Shown here in pieces: positions 1 through 10,310 of a stretch of DNA of 64,000 bases (position 1 is the first letter of the stretch; the number at the start of each line of letters is the position of its first letter). Location of the stretch: assembly GCA_964016885.1 (NCBI GenBank), contig OZ024741.1, positions 57,660,001 through 57,724,000 on the forward strand. Direction: 5' to 3'. The notes under the pieces were generated by a model that searched no databases, was not told where the DNA came from, and saw only the letters and a program-made list of their open reading frames with translations. The position numbers and the translations under genes were made by a program. The DNA is from Eledone cirrhosa (Eukaryota).

Positions 1-323
1 TCCTCCAGTTCCAGCTCGCTTATCCACCCATTAGTTCTTATTACCCGAGCCTGCCCGGCCAGTTTTTGTTCATCTAATTTAAATGGACCAATCTCGTTCC
101 AGATGTTATGCATCCTTTTCCTATAGGCTTTCTCCTTGGGGTTACTCTTCAGGTAACATTGCATAACAGTTCTATTCAATTCTTTCGTCCAGTTGGTTCT
201 GGTCCCTTTCCTTCTTCTTCTTCCTCCGACACCAGCAGTATTTGGTTGACAGCCAGGTCCCTGCTGCTGAGCCAGGGAGCACCTGTTGGGTGAGAGTCTG
301 TCACATGACATTCTAGTCTCCAT
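1..323 (-). CDS. N-terminus of an R4/Dong-clade non-LTR retrotransposon ORF (runs off the window edge)
   Basis: Manual translation from the ATG at 323-321 is open to base 1: METRMSC...RTNWTKELNRTVMQCYLKSNPKEKAYRKRMHNIWNEIGPFKLDEQKLAGQARVIRTNGWISELELE. This fits the WT.E.N...CY..S.P...YRKRM...W...EQ.LA.Q.R.I...W.S..ELE pattern I recognise from R4/Dong N-termini. It is absent from the ORF track because it has no stop in the window. Confidence 0.7.
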   Translation of the reverse strand, partial: METRMSCDRLSPNRCSLAQQQGPGCQPNTAGVGGRRRRKGTRTNWTKELNRTVMQCYLKSNPKEKAYRKRMHNIWNEIGPFKLDEQKLAGQARVIRTNGWISELELE

Positions 324-1209
324 TTCACCGTTATTCGAACTGTTTAGGTTCGACATTTAAACACTCTTATCGATGATTGGCGAATGTATGGTTACATAAC
401 CACCGGTGAATTACTTGCCTCCGGTGGTTTCGTCATTCCACGTGACTTTTGTGTGGCATTATCACGCTGTAGACGAACCCAAACAAACAAACAGGCAGAA
501 AAAACCCCCAAAATGAATAAGCATAAGTTTCATTGTAATGTAGTGTTTGAATGTCTGACTTAGTTTTTCCCTTCCCTTCTCTGTCCGTCCGTTTGTTTTT
601 CTCTTCATTTTTATTTCCTTTACGTTTTTCGTTGTTGCTGTGCTGCTTTGATTTTGATTTGTTTTTTTTTTGATTTTGACCGGGTCATCAATTCAGTCTA
701 TTTATATATTTTGATGTTTTCCTCTTTTAGTGGGAATTCTACAATGTAGCAGCGGATAGCGGGAGAGAATAGCGGCGGTAGTGATACTGAGGCAGCGGCG
801 GCGGGGGTGGTGGCGGTGCTGTGCTAGCAGCAACTAGCAGAAGGTAGTGGGAGGGAATAGCGGCGGTAGCGATAGTGAGGAAGCGGTGGTGGTGATGTGG
901 TCGTATTACTTTGTTAAAACTAAAACTTGATTTTGATTATTGTTTTTTTTAAATTTTTTTTTTAAAATTATTATTATTATTATTATTATTATTGAATGCC
1001 ATGGTTGACGGAGGCTCGGCTCTGTAAGGTATAGTAATTTTTAACCGTTAAAACAATTGTAAATTGTTTAAAACTTGAACCAAATTGTTGATAAAGACAC
1101 CCTCCTCCTCGTGAGAGGGGTCTTTCTGTCCGTTATTTGGCCCTTCGGGGTTAAATAACCAGTTATTGGGGTTTTGTACCCAAAATTTCATTTTAAACAA
1201 AAAAACAAC

Positions 1210-3306
1210 ATGGCTACAAAAAAGAAATTTCATACGTCACTCCCACTCATTCCGTCTTCTTCTTCCTCAATCATCACTACAGCAGAGAGAAGATTGTCTC
1301 TCTCCCTCCCTTCTTTAAATGTGTCTCTCTCCCTCCCTTCTCTTTCGCAAGTGACGAAAGAAAAGAAAAGTCTCGTGCAAAGCGTGCAAGGTTTCTCCAC
1401 GACGACGACGACAGCGACGAAACAGATGTGCGGGAAATACGAAAACCCAGTTCATTCGTCTGACGTCAGGAATAATAGCAGTAGCAGCCGTAATAACAAC
1501 AGCAACAGTGACAATGAAAACAACAGTAGCAGCCGCAACAGCATCAAGAGCAGCATAAACAACAACAGCATTAGTAGCAGCAACACCAACAACAACCACA
1601 GCAACAGCGGCGGAGGCAGTAGTCGTAGTACCTGCAGCAACAACAAAAGTACCAGCAGCTCTGACGACAACAACAACAGCAGAGAAAAACCAATCTCATT
1701 TGCAGGTATTGCGAAAAACTTGGAAACAATCCTCATAACAAATGAGGAATTAGAGGAAGCGAAGAAGATGGTGACAAAGAACGGACACCGAGCAATCTGC
1801 AAGGCAGCGGAAAAATTTTTCGAAACCCAAGAGCACTGTACGGTCACGTACCGTACAGTAAGTACAAAATCCCGTAGGGTGGAAAGAGCCACAGAGGCCC
1901 AAATACAAAAAGCCTTGGGGTCTGTGTGGCAGCGGAAAACGCACATCACCCGAGGCAAAAAATATGCCACCGTAGACGTACTTTTTGCCACACCCCAGGA
2001 GGCAAAGGCCCAATCAGTAGTGACCCTAAGGAGCGAGGAAATGGTGTTGGTGCCCTCCTACTGCGGGCAAAAAATTGTGAGGGTCAAACTGACCCACGTC
2101 CCCCCCGGAATGACCCCTTCTTGGCTGGCCGCGTCTATCCTCGTCGGAATCGAGGACAAAACAACTGTACTGCAAGTACAGAAAAAAGTAAGAGAAGATT
2201 GGGTCGGCTCCTCCATTGAGATGCTAATCCAAACCAACCAGGAGTGCATCGAAGCTATCCCGGATGTGATAGACTTCGATAACGGCACTCAACTGCCCAT
2301 AAGTGTTGAGGGCAAACGCCCGAAATGCTTTCGCTGTGGATCGAAGACTCACCTCAGGGCCTTCTGCAACGAGAAGACCCTGAGAAAGGAGAAAACCCCC
2401 CTCCTTCCGAATCCGGCTCCACGGCTACCAGCAACAGGACAAGCGGCAACCAGGAACGATAGGCCCGTGGCACCCATACCCACTCCACGGAAATCAAAAA
2501 CAGCAGCAGCAGTGGAAATACTAACAACAACAACAGCAATACCAAATGCAGCTGCAACAGAGACTCCACTGCAAACATCACCAACAACAACAAGTGAAAG
2601 AGTGGAGCTGGTACCCCTCCCCGACCTCACAGAATCAGACATGGAGTGTGAGGTGGGAGAGAGATGGCAAAAGGTCGTAAGAAGGCACAAACGCAGAAGC
2701 AGCGCATCGTCGCCTTTGAAAAGGGAGGAAAGAAATGAGAAAAGGGTAAAGTCTACTGCAAAGAGACCCACAGCAGCAACAACACCAACACCATCACCAC
2801 CCACACTAGCACCACCATCACCACCGGCGACAATCCCACCGCCAACAACACCTTCAACACCACCACCACAAGCACCAACATCGCAAACACAACAACAAAA
2901 CACACACACCCAGCAACAACGACAAGAAAATAGCAGAACCACACCCCATCCCCAGAAAAACAAATGCACGGCAATACATACACACAACAAGAAACTAATG
3001 ACTTACATAATTGAACACACAGACATTTCACAACAGGACTACATAATACCAGCACCAATCAAAACGCCAACTAACATAAGACTGCTAAAAATAGCACAGA
3101 AACAATACACAAACATTAAAACGAAATTCCCCAACGCAGTTGGTGATTTCAGGGACCTAGGAGGAACCATCAATCGAAGAGTATACTCAGACATTCTCTT
3201 AGAAGAGCCGACGACCAACCGAAGGGACGATTCAACGGTCCCTTCACCAGACGATCAAGTGAAAAGGGATGTAAAAACCATCCCTCCTCTACCAAAAGTA
3301 TGGTAA
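1210..3306 (+). CDS. Tx1 ORF1 (gag-like nucleic-acid-binding protein with CCHC zinc knuckle)
   Basis: First ATG at 1210 within the 710-aa ORF. CFRCGSKTHLRAFC is a CX2CX4HX4C knuckle. Low-complexity S/N and P/T tracts and a basic stretch (VRRHKRR). Lies directly upstream of the APE-RT ORF. Confidence 0.85.
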   Translation: MATKKKFHTSLPLIPSSSSSIITTAERRLSLSLPSLNVSLSLPSLSQVTKEKKSLVQSVQGFSTTTTTATKQMCGKYENPVHSSDVRNNSSSSRNNNSNSDNENNSSSRNSIKSSINNNSISSSNTNNNHSNSGGGSSRSTCSNNKSTSSSDDNNNSREKPISFAGIAKNLETILITNEELEEAKKMVTKNGHRAICKAAEKFFETQEHCTVTYRTVSTKSRRVERATEAQIQKALGSVWQRKTHITRGKKYATVDVLFATPQEAKAQSVVTLRSEEMVLVPSYCGQKIVRVKLTHVPPGMTPSWLAASILVGIEDKTTVLQVQKKVREDWVGSSIEMLIQTNQECIEAIPDVIDFDNGTQLPISVEGKRPKCFRCGSKTHLRAFCNEKTLRKEKTPLLPNPAPRLPATGQAATRNDRPVAPIPTPRKSKTAAAVEILTTTTAIPNAAATETPLQTSPTTTSERVELVPLPDLTESDMECEVGERWQKVVRRHKRRSSASSPLKREERNEKRVKSTAKRPTAATTPTPSPPTLAPPSPPATIPPPTTPSTPPPQAPTSQTQQQNTHTQQQRQENSRTTPHPQKNKCTAIHTHNKKLMTYIIEHTDISQQDYIIPAPIKTPTNIRLLKIAQKQYTNIKTKFPNAVGDFRDLGGTINRRVYSDILLEEPTTNRRDDSTVPSPDDQVKRDVKTIPPLPKVW

Positions 3307-6300
3307 GTGGTCTTTCCCATCTTTTCCACTCTATTTTAAACATGACCTCACTCAGAATAGGCAGCATAAATGCGCGTGGCTTGGGGTCGTCATGGAAGCA
3401 GGGTCACCTGCTCAACGACCTCAGGTCACTAAACATAGATGTAGTGGCCATCAGCGAGACCAGAATCTCCGAAGCACGGGCCTTCGCACCGATCTTCGGC
3501 GGCTACGATGTGTACGCATCTCCCAGCCGTCCTGGATCGGGTGGAGGAGTTGCTGTGCTTTTTCGGAGAGGTTTGGATCTCGCCATACGGGCCATCTTCC
3601 TGGACCCAGAGGGTAAGCTGGTGGTGCTGGACGTGACCAGCGGAGACGGGCAAGCTTTCAGGCTAGTGGCCGTCTATGCCCCGACAGGAGCAGGGCGGCC
3701 TGATTTCTTCCGGCGTCTGGAGACCTTTCTTGGAACGTCCCGCTCTTTAGTGTTAGTGGGCGACTGGAACGGGATCTTAGATGCACGCTGGGACTGTGTG
3801 GGATTAGCGGATAGGGGTGGAGGGTGCAAGAGTCTCACCAACCTGCTCAGGCGTTTTGAACTGTCTGACAGGTACCGATTGGATTTCCCGAATGTGCCAA
3901 TGTGGACTTGGACAAACCGCATAGGGTCATCCAGATCATATCTAGATAGAGTATTTTGTAGGGAAATAGATAGGTCTAGCATAGGTTGTCCACAATTCAA
4001 GATAGTCAGCTACACGGACCACAAATTCGTGATCTGTGTGCTTGACTTAGATAGGCTTCATAGACGAGGACCCGGCTACTGGAAGCTAAACGCGTCCTTA
4101 CCAGCGCGCAAGGCCTACAGAGACCGGATTAGCGAACTAGTTAAGCGGGCGTTGACGGGGGCCATCGTCAACAACAAGTGGTGGTTTGCTCTGAAAAGAG
4201 CGATTAGAATAGAATCGATTAGGTTTAGTAAGGCTTTAGCAATAGAGAAAAATAGAGCAGGGGGAGAACTAGTTAGAAAATTAGACGAGGCGCTTAGCAA
4301 AGGCATTGCGACCGACGTGCTTGCGGCGAAATTGGCCCTTGACTAATTCTTCAATGCAAAGCACGAAGGCTGCGTTGTCAGAGCTAGGGTGCGTGCTCTC
4401 AGACACGAGGGGACGAAAGCCGTTCAATGGGCCCGAGTGGCGGAGGCGCGTCGTGGCAACAAAGCCACGATCCGGTCTTTGGTGGACCACGACGGGCGCA
4501 TGCTACTCGATCCCGGGCAAATGTGTGAAGCTTTTCAGCGACACTTCGCTCAGCTGTTCGGGGGCAGCGGGGGGCCGGGTAGAGGGATGGACTTTAGTGT
4601 CTACCTCGACGGACTGCCGCGGCTCTCGGCCACTGAGGCGAGGTGTTGCGAAAAGCCGATAACAGCCGCTGAAGTACGGGAGGCAATGACTGGCTGCACA
4701 AGGGGTAAATCGCCTGGTTTGGATGGTCTGCCCTATGAACTTTACGTACAGATGCCAGACTTGTTCGGAGGCCTCTTGGCGGACGTCTACTGCAACTGGC
4801 AACAGAACGGGAGAATTCCCAGTTCTGTGAGCCGAGGAGCGGTGGCACTGCTGAGAAAGGATCCGAACAAGGGGGATAACATAGACAATTTCCGGCCCAT
4901 AACTCTGCTAAACACAGAGTTTAAGATTTTGGCCAAGGTGCTAGCAAAGAGGTTGGCGCTTGTCGTTGGTGGTCTGGTGGGAGAGGCGCAGACATGCGCC
5001 ATTCCCGACAGATCCATCCAGGACAACCTCCACCTCATGCGATACATCGTAGAGAGGGTAGCTAGGGAACCTGGCACGGGTGGGTCCTTGATCAATTTAG
5101 ATCAGTCGAAAGCTTTCGATAGGGTCGACCATCGTTACCTAGCGGCAGTCCTGAGGGCGGCTGGCTTTGGGCCCGTCTTCAGAGGCTGGATCGCTGCCAT
5201 GCACAGCGACATCTGCTCTGTGGTGAGAGTGAACGGTCACCTGTCGGAACCGTTCAACATCATGCGCTCGGTCCGCCAAGGATGTCCCCTCTCGTCCCTC
5301 TTGTACGTATTGACTCTCGAGCCATTACTGCACAAACTGGAGACGTTGAGGGGAGTCCCGCGCGAACTAGGATGCGGAAGATCCGTGTCAGCATATGCGG
5401 ACGATGTCACCGTAGTGGTGTCGAACGCCAAACACATCGAGGCGATCGGCACTACACTAAGAGAATACGAAGCGGTGACAGGAGCAATGATCAACCAGGA
5501 AAAGTCAGTGGGACTGCAGCTCGGCACCTGGAGAGGCAGGTCCATGCCGTCCAACAGCGTCGTCGGGCGCTGGACGAACGGACCGGTTAAATTGCTAGGG
5601 GTCTGGTTCGGTCCGGACCTCCAGACGGACAAAAACTGGGACGAGGTGACGAGCAGGGTGGCTTCTCTCACCCAGAAATGGGCGGAGAGGAAGCTATCCC
5701 TGAAAGGTCGAGCGGAGGTGGCTAACGCGTACATCGCGTCTGTCATCTGCTACCGCCTAACCGTCGTACCTTGTCCTAAGCCTCGCCTGACTGCGCTGGA
5801 GCGTTTGCTCTTTCGCTTTTTGTGGAAGGGACGTGCTCCGATGGTCAGGCGGTCCATCTGTTGTCAACACCCGCTACGTGGAGGGCTGGGCATGCCGTGG
5901 CTGATGATGCGCAGGCACGCGCTCAGGCTACGACATCTCCACCGCTTCCTCGACGGTGATCAGGTGTGGTCGCCGTTTGCTAGACGCGTTTTTCCCCAGC
6001 TCGTTTCCTTGACGGAGCTGCAGTCCTGGGTCAAGCGAAGACCGAGAGGGAGCGCCTGGAGACTGGAATGTCTTCAGGCGCTCACAGCCCTCGACCAATC
6101 GGGCAATGTGATCGGTGGAAACTCCACCTCGGCGTTCTATAGAGGATTAGTGGAGGGGAAGAGCGACGACGTACTTGGGGAAACTCTAGGCGTCGACGAA
6201 AATCAACTAGCCAATCTCTTCGGAAGAACTTTCGGGCCAGGGCCTATGGACAACTTCCAGAAATCTCTGGCCTGGCAGTGCTACCGAGGAGCCTTGCCAG

Positions 6301-6761
6301 TTCGGGATAAACTCTACAGGCATGGAGGTGCCGTCAGCCGGGCATGTCCGAGATGCGCGCAGGGCGACGAAACCGTCCTGCACGCACTCGTCCAGTGTCC
6401 GAAAATTGCTGACTTGTGGGTTTATGTCGAACACCTGCTGTCACGTTTAGGACGGATCCAGCTATCATCTGAGTCTATCGTGAGGATTGCCCCGCCCTCC
6501 TCCTTTAGCCGGGAAGGGCAGGCAGTTTTTATCTGTCTGGTGGCCATGGCGAAAGAGATAGTATGGTGGACACGTTTGAAAGGGCTGAAGACGAGCACTT
6601 ACCTCTTCGGTGATGCTCTGATTGACTTTTTCAAATTTCATTTGAAAAGGAAAATCAGAGTAGAGAAGGAAGTGCTCTCTTCCCAGCATTTTGTTGAAAG
6701 ATGGGTGAGAGAAGCAAGAATGGCCCGAGTGAATGGGCCGACTCTGAGTATATATCTGTAA
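3300..6761 (+). pseudogene. Tx1 ORF2 (APE endonuclease + reverse transcriptase + C-terminal zinc motif) with one in-frame TAA at 4344-4346
   Basis: ORFs 3300-4346 and 4389-6761 are in the same frame (42-nt gap). APE motifs SINARG, ISETR, GDWN, LDRVF, TDHK. RT motifs FRPITLLN, DQSKAFDRV, RQGCPLS, YADD. C-terminal CPRC...H...C. A downstream in-frame ATG at 3342 is an alternative start. Confidence 0.92.
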
Positions 6762-7021
6762 ACTAAAGGTGGAAAACTGGGAGAGGGCACTTGCCTTGGT
6801 GGTCAGGGTCATTGTGGCTTTTTACTGGGCTTTCTCCACAAATGTCCCTCCGAAGTCTCCCCCCTATTGGGGAATTTTTCATTGTTATTTTCATTGTTAT
6901 TTTTGTTACATCCTCTGTTTTTGTTTTTTTACACGCAGAAATGCCCATTTGTACCGTCCTGCATTGTCCTGCACTGTCCTTAATGTCTACTTTATGTAAA
7001 CCCTTGTGGTTAATAAAGAAA

Positions 7022-7057
<36 letters not shown>

Positions 7058-7373
7058 GACGTAGAGTGCTCTACCTGCTTAAATCCTTTTATCAACGAGA
7101 AGTCATTATGTAACTTTTACAGATAAACAACATAGCAACTATCAACAATATATATATATATATATATATAGTTCAAGGAAACAACAAACAGAGGTAAAAA
7201 AGTCTTATTAGTTTCACACTTTATATTGTAAAGAGGAAAGAAAGTTCTACGTGTCAAGCTTAAGCTCTTCTTCAAGAGTACAAATTAGAGATAGGATCAC
7301 AAAGGTGAAACAGAAAAGAAATCTGAGTAAAGGCAAAAAAAATCGAAAATGAAGAGTGAAAATAAGACAACCG

Positions 7374-7411
<38 letters not shown>

Positions 7412-7975
7412 CAAAGGTAAATTATTACATAACTCAATTTGTATGAGTTATATATAATATGTAATTGTCAAACAGTTTCAGAATTAGCCCAATGTGTTTA
7501 TATATTATTGGTAGGAAAAATAAGGACATTTTTTAGCGAAAAAGATATGGAAAGACAAACGTAAAAACAGAGCATATGTAAGCAAATAGAAAGATGGAAT
7601 CGTAGTTTTAAAGGTAATCAAATAATTTTTTTTTTTTTTTTTTTTTTTTTGGTAGTGAAATTAATTCCTCTGTTATATCAAGATATAATTTGTAAAGTGG
7701 GGATTGACTTTAGTTATGTTAAATTAAATCTAATTTTTAAATGTTTCTGAAGAAAGAGCAATATCTTCCTTTCTTTTTTTTTAAAATTTATTTTTTGTTT
7801 GTACAAGTTACTCATAACATTCTTTCTGTAACTATTTGTATAATGCATAATGTTATATTACTCTTGAAATATGTGTGAAGCAATAAAGTTGTTTTAGAAC
7901 TACGATTCCATCTTTCTCTTTGCTTATATATATAAAAACATATATAGATGCATGTACAATGCATATATATATGTA

Positions 7976-8019
<44 letters not shown>

Positions 8020-8464
8020 TACTCACTCTCACATACATACACACACACATACAAACTCACCTGCAGTTTATCGACTAAATGACACCATTTGTGTTAGATT
8101 ACTTTCACCATTTTTGTTAAAACAGAAATAAGAGTTTTCATTATTGAAGCTATTTCCACAGATGACAATAGAGACATATATTAAACAAGGAAAGTATTAA
8201 ACAATATGAATGGATGACTGACCTTCAGGGGGCGGAGTGGAGGAATACAGGCAGGGAAGCAACATAAGAAATAAACAAAATAAACAAGGAGATAGACTTG
8301 AGAAACATTGGCAAAATTTGAAACTTGAAATGTGCACATCCCAACGCAAATGACCATAATAATAGTCAATCACTAAAAATAATAGTTGGAAATATATGGC
8401 AAAGTACTTTATTTGATGCTTCCAACCATTATTTACCAGTATTGACTATTGTGTGGGGTTTAGC

Positions 8465-8885
8465 ATTTACATTACTCTATATTTACTATTGTATTTTCAC
8501 GGTAAAGGCTTTACCTCACATAATTATCTCACATAATATTGAATATATAAGATTTTGATATTATTTATTTTAAGAACAATACTTTAGCCTCAGTATGAGA
8601 GGTTGGCTACAGTCAGTTTGAACAGAAAGAGGTGAGAGAATTCTGGCCAGATACAGCCGGTTTTACCCTTTACAATTTACATTACTCTATATTTACTATT
8701 ATATTTTCACAGTAAAGGTTTTACCTCACCTAATTAAATCACATAATATCGAATCTATAAGATTTTGATATTTATTTTGAGAACAATACTTTTGCATCAG
8801 TATGAGAGACCGGTTATAGCCAGTTTAAATAGAAAGAGGTGAGAGAATTCTGGCTGGATATGGCCGGTTTAAATGTTAGTGTTAA
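8465..8885. repeat. Tandem duplication of a ~210-bp unit (possible degraded MITE)
   Basis: atttacattactctatatttactatt at 8465 and 8675, with continuing similarity through gaggtgagagaattctggc. Confidence 0.7.
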
Positions 8886-9425
8886 AGATGAAAGGGTTCC
8901 ACTTATTTTTCATTTGCCTTTATTTATTGGAATTCTAAAAAATACCATGAGCCTGAGGAAAACTATAAAACCAAAATGCAAGAAATAAAAAAATACTTTG
9001 GCAATTTTTGCTTCTGTATTAAAATGGTGCAAAATTTCATGGAGCAAATAACTTGTCTCTTACAATTTACCAATCTATGGAATTGTATATTAGAATCCAA
9101 TACACAGTAACTTGAATTTTGACATTGAAAGGACTTATATAGGTACATGAGACATAGTGATATATGAATATCAAGCTTAGAATTGTTGAGATTGAATTAA
9201 AGATCTTTGATTGAAAGAAAAGATATAACATCTCATTAAGGAAACTTTGCATTAAAATTTCCCCATGAGAAGTTAAGTTTAGTAACAATATATGATCTAG
9301 ATTTTATTCTCTTATAGGTATATTTTATACAATCCTATAACTGTCATAGTTTCTGAAATATAAGAACTATATATGATATAATGTTATATTTGATATATAA
9401 AGTGAAACATATAGATACATGTATG

Positions 9426-9487
<62 letters not shown>

Positions 9488-9552
9488 TATATTTCTCAAA
9501 CATGGAAGGTTTTGCCTGTGACATATCAACTCCTTCACATAATTGTGTCAAC

Positions 9553-9636
9553 ATCTGATGATGTCACAATGGTATGGGTTGCTGTTGTAATGATCACATA
9601 ACAGTTTCACACTGGTGCCACAGAAATACGTATTAT
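9553..9636 (+). ncRNA. Relic type I hammerhead ribozyme
   Basis: CTGATGA (9555-9561), imperfect stem II, GAAA (9623-9626), palindromic atacgtat, then TT. Only 2 bp of stem I remain. Confidence 0.45.
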
Positions 9637-9643
9637 CCAATAA

Positions 9644-9720
<77 letters not shown>

Positions 9721-9882
9721 TTATATATATATATATATATATTTATGTCTACACCAAATCTTTCTCATTAAAAACTTCTTTATCTTCAAATCTATATAAT
9801 ATATATATACATTGAGCTAATTCTAAAAAGCTGTGGCAATTATATACTATCATATAATTCTCTATTTTCCTTTGAGCTTTGC

Positions 9883-9990
<108 letters not shown>

Positions 9991-10010
9991 TAGTTACAAC
10001 AGTGATATAT

Positions 10011-10060
10011 ACAGGTAATTAAATTTCGTTGGGTTATACAATCCAACACATTCAGCCTGT
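10011..10060 (-). ncRNA. Degenerate hammerhead, inverted copy of 10112-10161
   Basis: Minus strand reads acagg CTGAATGT gttggattgtataacccaac GAAA tttaat TA cctgt. The final A of the 5' core segment is changed to U. Confidence 0.55.
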
Positions 10061-10111
10061 TATATAAAATATAAATGGCTTTTTATTTATTTTTTTAAAA
10101 AATTTTAAATA

Positions 10112-10161
10112 ACAGGCTGAATGAGTTGGGGTGTATACTCCAACGAAACTTAAGTACTTGT
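10112..10161 (+). ncRNA. Type I hammerhead with a 1-nt core insertion (CUGAAUGA)
   Basis: acagg CTGAATGA gttgggg-tgtata-ctccaac GAAA cttaag TA cttgt: stem I 5 bp, stem II at least 7 bp, palindromic acttaagt, GUA site. Confidence 0.65.
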
Positions 10162-10310
10162 ATAACTAATTATACAGGTTCACTGTTGTAACTAATCATA
10201 CTTAACTCATCCTATGGACTGAGTTCTCTTACCCTTGGATAATTCTATCAAAATTATACTACGTTAGTGGTTTCGGCTTGTGTGTTCAGCATGCCTTTAT
10301 ATATATATAT

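Larger units (their letters stand above)
994..7021 (+). mobile_element. Near full-length L1/Tx1-clade LINE inserted in a (TTA)n microsatellite
   Basis: Hairpin-rich 5' UTR, ORF1, ORF2 (APE-RT-CCHC) and a 3' UTR ending aataaagaaa. (tta)n runs on both sides (967-993 and 7024-7053). The 5' boundary is approximate. Confidence 0.9.

Noticed and set aside
1093-1125. HDV-like ribozyme suggested by a tcctcgt L3-like loop
   Set aside because: P3 is mismatched and no P1/P1.1/P2 nested pseudoknot could be built.
7243-7280. Minus-strand hammerhead-like TTGAAGA..GACA
   Set aside because: Two core changes and a poor stem I; at best a relic, not counted.
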